Notes under the pieces: model-generated
Told to the model about the DNA's origin: nothing
What the model saw: the letters and a program-made list of their open reading frames with translations, nothing else
The model's database searches: none
Program-made: the position numbers and the translations under genes
Assembly: GCA_950072105.1 (NCBI GenBank)
Contig: CATMOE010000041.1
Coordinates: 1-34,322, forward strand
Source of the DNA: an uncultured Dehalococcoidia bacterium
Lineage (GTDB): Bacteria; Chloroflexota; Dehalococcoidia; Lucifugimonadales; UBA3495
Length of the DNA stretch: 34,322 nt
Reading direction: 5' to 3'
Shown here: piece by piece, positions 9,265-18,266 of the stretch
How positions within the stretch are numbered: the first letter of the stretch is position 1
Layout of the letters: every line of letters starts with the position of its first letter

Positions 9265-11025
9265 TTACGGGGACTGGCTGGGACCTACCGGGGACTGGCT
9301 GGGACCTACCGGGATCGGGGTGATGCCGTCACGCCCCCCAAGAATAATCACCGACTCCGTGCCTGGTGAGACGATGATCTTGTTGATTCCAGGCAGGATA
9401 GTTTCGATGGCTTCCAAGTAAAGCCGCTGCTGAGTGACCTCGCTGGTCGCGGGGACCTTCAGGTTCTCTCTATTCAAATATTGGACCGTGAATCCGTCAC
9501 CGGCTCTGAGAGTTTCCCCTGCTTGCACCCGGAACGTAACCACATTGGTGCGGGCATCGAAACCGTTTACCGAGATGTCAACGCCATCGGCTTTTCCACC
9601 GTCAGGCCCATTAACCAACTTTATGTCGGCGGCGGAGATTCCGGTTGTGACATTATCGTCCCCGTCGGCGTTGTCGGTATCAAGGACTGGGTTGTTCAAA
9701 CGCATCTCGAAGGGTCCGGTGCCAACCAAGGAGGGCAGCGTTAGGATTTCGTTCCCTAGGTACGCTATGGAAAAGCCGGTGCCGCTGACCAGGGCGCTAT
9801 TCTGGCCGTCATATCCAACGCTGAAGGTACAAAGCACGGCGCTATCGCCATCGGCGGCATCGGCGTTGGTGAACAGGCATTCGGAGCCTTCTCCCAATTC
9901 GGCGCCAATAAGTGTCAAGGAGCTTACCAGGATGTCGATCCCATCCCCGTCAACATCCGGGCCGTCGATCATTGTCACGTCACCCAGGCCGATTCCGGTG
10001 GCAGGGTCGCCGTCACCGTCGGCGTCGTTCGTGTCCTGCAGCACGTTTCCGAGTTCGATGGAATGGTCGCGGAACTGCTCCAGAACCGAGATGAACCGAG
10101 ATGATTCACCACGGGCCCTGGCAACTCGGGCCTGAGCAAACGCTTCGGCTTCCCTCTTGATGCGCTCGGCATCACCCTGAGCCCTTGGGATGATATTGTT
10201 TTTGTAGGCCAGGGCTTCGTTGACCCGGGTTTCTTGCTCCTGGCGGGCGCGCAGCACGTCTTCGAAAGACTCGAAAACCTCTTCCGGAGCCTGGGTCTTC
10301 AGCAGTTGAAGGCTTACTATGTTGATCCCAGTTTGGTAATTGTCCAATATATCTTGAAGCCTGGTCTTGGTGTCCGATTCCACGGCGGTCCGCTGCTCGG
10401 TCAACACGTCTTCAATGCTCCGCTGTCCCACCACTAACCGCAGGGCGGCTTCAGCGGCGTCCTTGAGGGTGCGGCCCTCCGGGTTGCCCGGAGGAATCCC
10501 CCTGGCGTCCTCCCCCGGGTCGTTTACCCGGAACAAGAAGCCCACCAGGTCCTTGATGTCATACTGGACCACCATCTGAACGTCGACGATGTTCAGGTCG
10601 CCGCTAATCATCAAGCCTTCCACCGGGACTTGGACGTCGGCCACACCCTGGTCGGCCCCGCTGCGGAAGCCTAACTCCATACGGCGGGTTTCGGTCACCT
10701 TAATCTTGTCCGTTTTCCCGATAGGGCCAGGCCACCACCAATGGAGACCGGTTTGAGTGACGACCCCCGCAGTTCCTGAGCAAGGCGCGAGAGCCGCGCC
10801 ACAGATCGCGCCGAAGCGGCGCTGGGCCACTTCCTCGCCGGGTCCGATGCGGTATATTCCGGAGGCTAACCATAGGACTGCGATAAGTGCGATCGCGAGT
10901 ACGATTACGCCGCCCACGCCGCCGCCACCTAATCGGGCGGCGATGCTTCCTATGGTGCCTTTGACACCGGCCAACAGTTGGTCAAAGTCAACTTCCGGTT
11001 GACGTGGTCCGCCAGGTTGAAACAT
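9265..11025 (-). CDS. hflK: FtsH modulator HflK with a ~205-aa internal insertion
   Basis: GLHWWWPGPI, MISGDLNIVDVQ, VLRARQEQE, IIPRAQGDA, EVTQQRLYLEAIE; upstream of hflC and near ftsH. Confidence 0.92.
   Translation of the reverse strand: MFQPGGPRQPEVDFDQLLAGVKGTIGSIAARLGGGGVGGVIVLAIALIAVLWLASGIYRIGPGEEVAQRRFGAICGAALAPCSGTAGVVTQTGLHWWWPGPIGKTDKIKVTETRRMELGFRSGADQGVADVQVPVEGLMISGDLNIVDVQMVVQYDIKDLVGFLFRVNDPGEDARGIPPGNPEGRTLKDAAEAALRLVVGQRSIEDVLTEQRTAVESDTKTRLQDILDNYQTGINIVSLQLLKTQAPEEVFESFEDVLRARQEQETRVNEALAYKNNIIPRAQGDAERIKREAEAFAQARVARARGESSRFISVLEQFRDHSIELGNVLQDTNDADGDGDPATGIGLGDVTMIDGPDVDGDGIDILVSSLTLIGAELGEGSECLFTNADAADGDSAVLCTFSVGYDGQNSALVSGTGFSIAYLGNEILTLPSLVGTGPFEMRLNNPVLDTDNADGDDNVTTGISAADIKLVNGPDGGKADGVDISVNGFDARTNVVTFRVQAGETLRAGDGFTVQYLNRENLKVPATSEVTQQRLYLEAIETILPGINKIIVSPGTESVIILGGRDGITPIPVGPSQSPVGPSQSP
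9268..9313. repeat. Perfect 21-nt tandem duplication (CGGGGACTGGCTGGGACCTAC x2) at the hflK 3' end, encoding PVGPSQS x2
   Basis: Identical copies at 9268-9288 and 9289-9309, plus a partial third. Confidence 0.9.
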
Positions 11026-11241
11026 ATTGAATCGTCCTTATACTGGGCTTGAATGAGGATAAACCATGAAAGGGTTGAATTCTGCAACAAGTCAATAGGG
11101 ATTCTATCATCTTCTTGGAGCCGGGAGCCACCTCCAGGCTACTGATATTCGATGATAAATATCTTAGTTAGGGACCCTCCAGCCTACCAGGACCGCGGCC
11201 ATACCTGATTTACCCTCGAACGGTCATGCTGCCGCACACGG

Positions 11242-11270
11242 TTGGGTGCGTTTGATGCCGGCGGTATAAT
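11242..11270 (+). promoter_or_regulatory. Putative sigma70-type promoter for the ORF at 11432
   Basis: TTGGGT-17 nt-TATAAT. Confidence 0.5.
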
Positions 11271-11431
11271 TTCTACGTGCCGTATCAATAAATGGTTCTA
11301 CAAGCGGACCGCGAACGAAGGGAAGCTCATGATCTGCGAAGGTTTTTTTCCGTTCATCCTGAGTTCGCCATAGGACGAGGCAGTCTTTCGCGCTTTAGTG
11401 ATCGAATTAAATCGGTGGGAGGTTTGGACCC

Positions 11432-11728
11432 ATGGCGGACAATGGTATAACTGTGAAATCCGGCGACGGAATGACCCGAGTGGAAGTGACGTGCGGCCAC
11501 CAAAGCGGCCTGATATACGTGGTTCCCGCATCCCGCAGTTGGGTTTGCTCTGAAGAATTGATCCCGGCCCACGCTTTGGCCGGATTCTTTCGGGAGTTGG
11601 TGGCGTTAAAACTTGGCCCAGTGGCGGAACTGATGCAAGATTGGGGGATATATTACCGCCAACTGCCCTTGGCCCTTGAAGAGAACTCCGGCGAATCGAT
11701 CGATCCCGCGGAGGCATCAAAAAGCTGA
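11432..11728 (+). CDS. Hypothetical protein (98 aa)
   Basis: GGAGG RBS, upstream promoter-like site, globular-looking sequence. Confidence 0.7.
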   Translation: MADNGITVKSGDGMTRVEVTCGHQSGLIYVVPASRSWVCSEELIPAHALAGFFRELVALKLGPVAELMQDWGIYYRQLPLALEENSGESIDPAEASKS

Positions 11729-11784
11729 TGCGCTCGTAAAGATGTAGAGCGGACTGGGGAACCTGGTGATGACCCGCGCTTCAC

Positions 11785-13782
11785 TCAGCTGTCAGAGTCT
11801 CCGGCCGCCGGCATTGGATCGCTGGTGCTGGACATAGCCGGCGACGGCGACGGCTGGCCGATGGGCGGTTGGGCGGGCGAGGGCGTCATGGGAGGCGTTT
11901 CCGGCGGGGCGTCCGGTGGGATCGCCGGAGTGCCGGGGTCGTCGCCGATCGCGCCATCGTCCAGCAAACGGACCATGTTGTCACCAGAGATGGTCTCGTG
12001 CTCGATCAGATATTCGGACAGCAGGACCAAACTAGGCTTATTTTCGACGAGGATTTCCTGGGCCCTTTCGTAGGCTAACTTGATCAGAATCCGAACCTCA
12101 TCATCGATTTCCTCGGCTATTTTATCCCCGTAGTCCCGCTCCTCGCTGATCTCCCGGCCCAGGAAAACCATTTCCTGCACCTTGCCGAAGGTTCGAGGTC
12201 CCAAGGATTCGCTCATGCCATATCGTTTGACCATGCTCAGAGCTACCTTGGTCGCCCGCTCGATGTCATTGCTGGCGCCGGTGGTGACTTCGCTGAAGAT
12301 CATTTCCTCGGCGACACGGCCACCCATCATCACGGAAAGCATGTCCCCAAACTGATTTTTGGTCCATAGGTACCGGTCTTCGTCGGGCAGGAGGGAGGTA
12401 TGCCCACCCATATTGCCCCGGGACACGATCGATATCTTGTGCACCCGGTCAGCGTGAGGAAGGTTGTGGGCCACCAAGGCGTGCCCAGCCTCGTGGTAGG
12501 CGGTCATCTCCTTTTCTCTGGGGCTGATGATCCGGCTTTTGCGCTCCGGCCCGCCAACGATCCGGTCCACGGCCTCTTCAAACTCCTCCATGAAGATGGA
12601 CTTCTTGTCGGCGCGTGCCGCTAGAATAGCGGCTTCGTTAACTAGGTTGGCAAGATCGGCCCCGCTGAATCCCGGCGTTTCTTTAGCCAGGTTATCCAAG
12701 GTGACCTCTGGTGCGATGGGCTTGCCGGCGGAGTGAACCTTCAGGATAGCTTCCCGGCCCTTAATGTCGGGAAGGTCCAGCGTGACTCGCCGGTCGAACC
12801 GGCCAGGGCGCAAAAGCGCCGGGTCCAGAATGTCCGGGCGGTTGGTGGCGGCCAGCACGATGACATTGTTGTTGGGCTCGAACCCGTCCATCTCCACCAG
12901 GATCTGGTTTAGGGTTTGCTCACGCTCGTCATGTCCGCCGCCCAAGCCTGCTCCCCGATGCCGCCCAACGGCGTCGATCTCATCGACAAACACGATACAA
13001 GGAGCGTTCCGTTTGGCTTGGTCGAACAGGTCCCTTACACGGGCCGCGCCTACGCCGACGAACATCTCTACAAATTCGCTGCCGCTGATGTGGAAGAAGG
13101 GGACACCCGCTTCCCCGGCAACGGCTCGGGCTAGCAGGGTCTTACCGGTGCCTGGCTGACCTACCAATAGCACTCCCTTGGGAATCCGGGCTCCAAGGGA
13201 AAGGAATCGCTCAGGGTACCTTAGGAACTCAACAACCTCTTGCAGTTCGGCCTTAGCTTCTTCCACCCCGGCAACATCGGCGAAGGTAACGCCAGGGCGG
13301 TTCGGGGCCGCCATGCGGGCCCGGCTACGCCCAAAGCTCATCGTCTGATTATTGCTTCCCTGGGCTTGGCGCATCATGAACAGGATCAATCCGCCAAAAA
13401 TGATTAAAGGCAGGAAGTTCAGGAGGAGCCCCAACAAACTGCTTAGACCGCTGGAACCTTCGAATGTGACCGAGACTCCGCTGGGAGGGCCGATCTCAAC
13501 GCCACTCTCAACTAACAGGTTGATGACGTCCGTATCACTGCCCATGCGGCTGTAAAGCCGGTCGCTCCCGACCCGGCTGCTAACGTTTGGGGTTATGGTG
13601 AGTTTTCTGCCGTCGACGGCAATCTCACGAATCTCGTCGTTCTTGGCCATGGCGACGACCGTGGTTAGGGGCACGTCGTTGCTGGCCCCAAAGCTGGGCA
13701 GGAGCGTATAGAAGATTACAATCACTCCCACAATTACCAGGAGGTAAACGACGCCATTTCGTAACCAACGGTTCTTGCCCAT
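11785..13782 (-). CDS. ftsH: ATP-dependent zinc metalloprotease FtsH
   Basis: Two TMs, GQPGTGKT Walker A, FVDEID Walker [21 protein letters not shown] second region of homology, HEAGH zinc motif; Pro-rich tail. Confidence 0.98.
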   Translation of the reverse strand: MGKNRWLRNGVVYLLVIVGVIVIFYTLLPSFGASNDVPLTTVVAMAKNDEIREIAVDGRKLTITPNVSSRVGSDRLYSRMGSDTDVINLLVESGVEIGPPSGVSVTFEGSSGLSSLLGLLLNFLPLIIFGGLILFMMRQAQGSNNQTMSFGRSRARMAAPNRPGVTFADVAGVEEAKAELQEVVEFLRYPERFLSLGARIPKGVLLVGQPGTGKTLLARAVAGEAGVPFFHISGSEFVEMFVGVGAARVRDLFDQAKRNAPCIVFVDEIDAVGRHRGAGLGGGHDEREQTLNQILVEMDGFEPNNNVIVLAATNRPDILDPALLRPGRFDRRVTLDLPDIKGREAILKVHSAGKPIAPEVTLDNLAKETPGFSGADLANLVNEAAILAARADKKSIFMEEFEEAVDRIVGGPERKSRIISPREKEMTAYHEAGHALVAHNLPHADRVHKISIVSRGNMGGHTSLLPDEDRYLWTKNQFGDMLSVMMGGRVAEEMIFSEVTTGASNDIERATKVALSMVKRYGMSESLGPRTFGKVQEMVFLGREISEERDYGDKIAEEIDDEVRILIKLAYERAQEILVENKPSLVLLSEYLIEHETISGDNMVRLLDDGAIGDDPGTPAIPPDAPPETPPMTPSPAQPPIGQPSPSPAMSSTSDPMPAAGDSDS

Positions 13783-13829
13783 TCTTACCTCTTAATTGTC
13801 CCCGGCTACACTTGGTATTTACCCTTACT

Positions 13830-13858
13830 ATAATAGTGGAGACAATATGGAATTGCAA
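13830..13858 (-). promoter_or_regulatory. Putative sigma70-type promoter for ftsH
   Basis: Minus strand TTGCAA-17 nt-TATTAT, about 50 nt upstream of the start codon. Confidence 0.55.
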
Positions 13859-14084
13859 AGTATATCGATTAGATACATTGAAGCACTATTCAGGTTCACC
13901 TGATGTGATTAAAGCGCCGTCAGGAATAACAGGATGGTGTAGAATGCAATCTGGACGAATCAAGGTCTAGTTGGCGGTGATGCGATGAACCTCTTTGATG
14001 GTTGGGCGCATCTAAGTTTAACGTTTTACCCCGGTGGTGCAAAGCCGCAGGTTAGACCAGAAAATTCATTGATTGAGGTGCGCT

Positions 14085-14930
14085 ATGGCAGAGTATTCTC
14101 ACCCAGAATCCCTGGTGACCACGGATTGGGTTGCCGAACATGGAAATGACGCCAATGTTCGGTTAGTGGAGGTGGACGTTGACACATCGGCCTATGACGA
14201 AGGACACATCGCCGGGGCCGTTGGTTGGAATTGGCAGTCTCAGTTGCAGGCGTCATTGCGCCGGGACCTTATCAGTGGGCCGGAATTGGAGGCGCTGCTG
14301 GGTGTCGCTGGAATAGACAACAATACGACCGTGATACTTTACGGCGACAACAACAATTGGTTCGCCGCGTGGGCGTTCTGGCAGCTTAAGTACTATGGGC
14401 ATGGCGACGTACGCCTGATGAACGGCGGCCGGGCCAAATGGGTCGCCGATGGCCGGCCTCTGACCACCGACGCCGCATCCCATGCGGCCAAGTCCTACCG
14501 GGCAAGTGAGCCGAACCAGGACATCCGTGCTTACCGTGACGCCGTTTTGGGCGCGGTTTTCGCCAGCAGCGTTGCATTGGTGGATGTTAGAGCGCCCGCC
14601 GAATATAGCGGTGAGTTGCTGGCGCCGGCCAACCTTCCCCAAGAGGGTTCCCAGCGCGGCGGCCACATCCCGGGCGCGGCCAACGTTCCCTGGGGACAGG
14701 CCGTAAACGAAGACGGCACCTTCAAGTCGGCCGATGAGTTGACCGCTCTTTACGGTGGCAAGGGGATAGACGGCAGCAAGGAAACCATTGCCTATTGCCG
14801 CATCGGTGAGCGTTCGTCTCACACCTGGTTCGTTCTGACCCAGCTACTTGGGCACCAGAACGTGCGCAACTACGACGGCTCTTGGACAGAGTGGGGCAGC
14901 ATCGTCAATGCCCCGATTGAAAAGCCGTAG
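14085..14930 (+). CDS. Tandem-domain rhodanese / thiosulfate sulfurtransferase (CysA2/SseA-like)
   Basis: GHIAGAVGWNW, GHIPGA, YCRIGERS active-site loop, NYDGSWTEWG; GAGGTG RBS before ATG 14085. Confidence 0.93.
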   Translation: MAEYSHPESLVTTDWVAEHGNDANVRLVEVDVDTSAYDEGHIAGAVGWNWQSQLQASLRRDLISGPELEALLGVAGIDNNTTVILYGDNNNWFAAWAFWQLKYYGHGDVRLMNGGRAKWVADGRPLTTDAASHAAKSYRASEPNQDIRAYRDAVLGAVFASSVALVDVRAPAEYSGELLAPANLPQEGSQRGGHIPGAANVPWGQAVNEDGTFKSADELTALYGGKGIDGSKETIAYCRIGERSSHTWFVLTQLLGHQNVRNYDGSWTEWGSIVNAPIEKP

Positions 14931-14984
14931 GCTAGTCGTCGCGAGGTGTCCATATCGGGGCATCCTCGCATGGATCAAGATCAC

Positions 14985-15020
14985 GAAGAGGGCGGGATAA
15001 TCTCCCGCCCTCTTCTTTGG
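14985..15020 (+). terminator. Intrinsic terminator after the rhodanese gene
   Basis: 13-bp perfect stem GAAGAGGGCGGGA / TCCCGCCCTCTTC, 5-nt loop, short T tail. Confidence 0.75.
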
Positions 15021-15028
15021 TATTCCAT

Positions 15029-15104
15029 GTAACAACAGTTTTACAAACTGGCAACATTGCCGTAACAATTCGGCAATCTTTGCGTAACAAGCATGATCTA
15101 GGAT
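15029..15104 (+). promoter_or_regulatory. Six 11-bp-phased GTAAC-like boxes plus a putative -10 (TAGGAT) upstream of amtB
   Basis: GTAAC 15029, TTTAC 15040, GCAAC 15051, GTAAC 15062, GCAAT 15073, GTAAC 15084. Confidence 0.75.
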
Positions 15105-15130
15105 GGGGAAAATTCTTTGAGGAGATCATC

Positions 15131-16486
15131 ATGTTACGCAGATTGTTACCAGTAACGGTGGCCGGGTTGTTGGCGGCGAGTGTCCTTGCCGGATACAACG
15201 TCGTTTTTGCCCAGGAAATCACCTCAGACGCGAAGAATCTTGACCAAAGCGCGAACACCATATGGATGTTCGGCGCTTTTTTGGTGTTTTTCATGCAGGC
15301 CGGGTTCGCTTTTCTTGGGGCCGGCCTGATACGTGGCAAGAATACGGTCAACTACATGACGAAGAGCTTCTTGGACTTTGCCATGGCGTCTCTTTCCTTC
15401 TGGGCGTTCGGGTTTGCTTTGATGTGGGGAACGTCGGCTTTGGGAATCGCCGGGACCACTAATTTCTTCCTAACCGACGCTGCCAAAGGCCAGAATTACG
15501 TTGACTGGGTCTTCCAGATGGTGTTCGCCGCGACGGCCGCGACCATCGTTGCCGGCGCGGTGGCCGAACGAACGAAAACTCAAGCTTATCTCGCGTACAG
15601 CTTCATGATTGGGGCAATCATATATCCCGTCTATGGCCACTGGGTTTGGGGAGGCGGCTGGCTGGGCGCAGATGCGGGTTTGTTGGTTAGCATCGGTCTC
15701 CCGGCAGCCAAGGATTACGCCGGTTCCGGCGTGGTGCATGCCGTTGGCGGCTTCGTAGCCCTGGCCGGGGCGGCCGTTGTGGGTCCCCGCATCGGAAAGT
15801 ACAACGCCGACGGCTCCGCCAATACGTTATTGGGCCATAGCGTGCCCTTTGTGGTCATTGGGACCTTCATCCTGTTTTTCGGATGGTTCGGGTTCAATAT
15901 CAACACCGGCGACTCAATAGGGTTGAACGCTATCAACACTCTTCTGGCGGGCGCCACCGGGTCAGTTGTGGCAATGTACATCGTTCTGGTGCGCACCGGA
16001 AAAACCGATGTTCTGGTGGCCTGCAATGGCGCTCTGGCGGGACTGGTGGGCATCACGGCGCCGGTGGCCTTTGTGGAACCATGGTCCGCTGTAGTCATCG
16101 GTGCTATCGCCGCGCCGATAATGCTGACATCGGTCAGCGTGATAGAAAAGGTCTTCAAGATTGACGACCCGGTTAGCGCTATCTCGGTGCACGGCACCAC
16201 CGGCCTATGGGGCTTGCTGGCTGTAGGGATATTCGCCAACGGCAACAATGGTGTGTCCGGCCTGGTTGCGGGAAATGCCCTGCAGATCGTCTCACAGTTG
16301 ATAAGCATGGGCGTGGTGTTGGTTTGGGCCTTGGGCACCGGCTTCGCGCTCTTCCTTGCCTTGAAATACGGAATGGGCGTTCGCGTAACCGAGGAGGAAG
16401 AACTTGGAGGGCTGGATATGCCTGAACACGGCCTGCAAGCCTATCCAATAGACGCCCAGGTATCTGGAACGGGTGGTAGTGGTTAG
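15131..16486 (+). CDS. amtB: Ammonium transporter Amt
   Basis: FFMQAGF, FQMVFA, GAVAER, DYAGSGVVH, WFGFN, DDPVSAISVHG (both pore His present); GAGGAG RBS before ATG 15131; signal-peptide-like N-terminus. Confidence 0.97.
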   Translation: MLRRLLPVTVAGLLAASVLAGYNVVFAQEITSDAKNLDQSANTIWMFGAFLVFFMQAGFAFLGAGLIRGKNTVNYMTKSFLDFAMASLSFWAFGFALMWGTSALGIAGTTNFFLTDAAKGQNYVDWVFQMVFAATAATIVAGAVAERTKTQAYLAYSFMIGAIIYPVYGHWVWGGGWLGADAGLLVSIGLPAAKDYAGSGVVHAVGGFVALAGAAVVGPRIGKYNADGSANTLLGHSVPFVVIGTFILFFGWFGFNINTGDSIGLNAINTLLAGATGSVVAMYIVLVRTGKTDVLVACNGALAGLVGITAPVAFVEPWSAVVIGAIAAPIMLTSVSVIEKVFKIDDPVSAISVHGTTGLWGLLAVGIFANGNNGVSGLVAGNALQIVSQLISMGVVLVWALGTGFALFLALKYGMGVRVTEEEELGGLDMPEHGLQAYPIDAQVSGTGGSG

Positions 16487-16527
16487 CGCCATCCGGTCTT
16501 CGTGGCCGGCATGAGCAAGTGAAATCT

Positions 16528-16580
16528 GTAACAAAGAATTAACAATTCCGCAAAGTCTATGTAACACCTTTGAGTAAAAT
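16528..16580 (+). promoter_or_regulatory. Four 11-bp-phased GTAAC-like boxes plus -10 (TAAAAT) upstream of the small ORF
   Basis: GTAAC 16528, TTAAC 16539, GCAAA 16550, GTAAC 16561; TAAAAT at 16575-16580. Confidence 0.75.
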
Positions 16581-16616
16581 AGAAGATAGGAAATGATTAA
16601 GAGGAGGGTCCAACCT

Positions 16617-16697
16617 ATGGAGATAATCATCGCGGGAGCAGCGTTCGTGGGATTGTTCAGTCTATTCGTGGTGCTTCCCAAGAAGTTTCTTCGCTAG
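16617..16697 (+). CDS. 26-aa hydrophobic microprotein MEIIIAGAAFVGLFSLFVVLPKKFLR
   Basis: GAGGAGG RBS at 16601-16607, own promoter and terminator, one TM helix followed by a basic tail; shorter than any ORF in the supplied track. Confidence 0.8.
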   Translation: MEIIIAGAAFVGLFSLFVVLPKKFLR

Positions 16698-16740
16698 GTA
16701 ACGATTCTTCTCTAACGATCTCTAACAGAGACTAGTTAAA

Positions 16741-16782
16741 GCCCACGCCAGCGACCATTCGCTGGCGTGGGCCTATTATTTT
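16741..16782 (+). terminator. Intrinsic terminator after the microprotein gene
   Basis: 14-bp perfect stem GCCCACGCCAGCGA / TCGCTGGCGTGGGC, 4-nt loop, TATTATTTT tail. Confidence 0.8.
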
Positions 16783-16893
16783 CGAGGGTGAGGATCAAGC
16801 CGAGGACAGCGCCGCGTTGTTGTCAGGTGGTTTTCTCGGGGCGGGGAAAATAATACAATGGAGATATTCAACGGTACATCGGGGAGGGACACT

Positions 16894-18231
16894 ATGATCA
16901 AGGATTGGGCTGCCGAGCGTGATTTTGTGTTACGTAGCGCCCAAGAGAACGATGTGAAGTTCATTCGGCTCTGGTTTACTGACATTCTAGGCTACCTGAA
17001 GGGCTTCGCCATTACGGTGGAGGACCTACAGGACGCGATGGAGCAGGGTGTTGGATTTGACGGGGCCTCTGTGGAAGGATTCGCGCGGATAAACGAAAGC
17101 GATATGAGGGCCTTCCCGGATCCTACAACTTTCACTCTCCTTCCCTGGCGTCCCCGGCAGAACGCCGTGGCCAGGATGTTTTGCGACATCCGTACCCCCA
17201 ACGGCGACCCTTTCGCCGGTGACCCTCGATTTGTCCTGAAACGCAACTTGGAACGCTTGGCCGGTATGGGTTATACCTACTACGTCGGTCCGGAATTGGA
17301 GTTCTTTTTCTTGAAAGACGCCGATACCCCGGAGCCCCTGGATCGCGGGGGCTACTTCGACCAGCTATCCAGCCAACCGGCCGCCGACCTTCGCCGGGAT
17401 ATAGTTCTGAATCTTGCGGACATGGGTATCCCCGTCAAATACTCTCACCACGAGGCCGCCCATAGCCAGCACGAGATCGACCTGCAATACACCGATGCGC
17501 TGACCATGGCTGACACGGTGATGACCGCCAAGTTGGTGATTAAAGAGCTGGCCCAGATAAAGGGTGTCTACGCGACCTTTATGCCCAAGCCCATGTCCCA
17601 CTTGAACGGATCGGGAATGCATACCCACCAGTCCCTGTTCCAGGGCGATACTAACGCCTTTCACGACTCAGATGACGAACACCATCTTTCGATCGTCGGA
17701 AAGAGATTCATCGCCGGGTTGCTCCGCCACGCGCCCGAAATCACTCTGGTAACCAACCAGTGGGTCAACTCCTACAAGCGTTTGGTGCCCGGCTACGAGG
17801 CTCCGACGTACATCTCCTGGGCCCACGTGAACCGGTCCGATCTGATCAGGGTTCCCGCCTATAAGCCAGGACACGATAGTTCGGTTCGCATCGAATACCG
17901 CGCGCCGGACCCGGCATGCAATTCCTACTTGGCCTTCAGCGCTATGTTGGCCGCGGGCCTTAAGGGCATCGAAGAAGAATATCCGGTGCCCCCTCCGGTG
18001 GAAGGCAACGTGTTCGCCATGTCCATCGAAGAACGGGAATCTCGCGGAATCAAGACTCTGCCCGGAAGTCTCGGTGAGGCGATCGGGTTGGCGGAAGAGA
18101 GCGCATTGCTGCGTGAGGCATTAGGGGATTACACTTTCAATAGTTTTATCAAGAACAAGAAGATCGAGTGGGAAGAATACCGGGCCGTTGTCACCGACTA
18201 CGAGGTCTCCCGGTATCTGCCGATGCTATAG
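16894..18231 (+). CDS. glnA: Glutamine synthetase type I (GSI-alpha/GlnA2-like)
   Basis: FDGAS, GPELEFF, HHE..QHEID, ATFMPKP..NGSGMHTHQSL, NSYKRLVPGYEAP, RIEYRAPDP; GGAGG RBS before ATG 16894. Confidence 0.95.
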   Translation: MIKDWAAERDFVLRSAQENDVKFIRLWFTDILGYLKGFAITVEDLQDAMEQGVGFDGASVEGFARINESDMRAFPDPTTFTLLPWRPRQNAVARMFCDIRTPNGDPFAGDPRFVLKRNLERLAGMGYTYYVGPELEFFFLKDADTPEPLDRGGYFDQLSSQPAADLRRDIVLNLADMGIPVKYSHHEAAHSQHEIDLQYTDALTMADTVMTAKLVIKELAQIKGVYATFMPKPMSHLNGSGMHTHQSLFQGDTNAFHDSDDEHHLSIVGKRFIAGLLRHAPEITLVTNQWVNSYKRLVPGYEAPTYISWAHVNRSDLIRVPAYKPGHDSSVRIEYRAPDPACNSYLAFSAMLAAGLKGIEEEYPVPPPVEGNVFAMSIEERESRGIKTLPGSLGEAIGLAEESALLREALGDYTFNSFIKNKKIEWEEYRAVVTDYEVSRYLPML

Positions 18232-18266
18232 ACTTCTTATCTCGTGGCGCTGCCTGGCATTTTGAA

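Noticed and set aside
9451..10065. HflK insertion as an intein
   Set aside because: No Cys/Ser-start and His-Asn-end splice motifs and no endonuclease motifs; it is an internally repeated acidic domain
15017..15130. N-terminal extension of amtB in the ORF track (likewise for glnA, the MFS transporter, the aminotransferase and secG)
   Set aside because: Downstream ATGs have clear RBSs, and the extensions cover promoter or leader sequence
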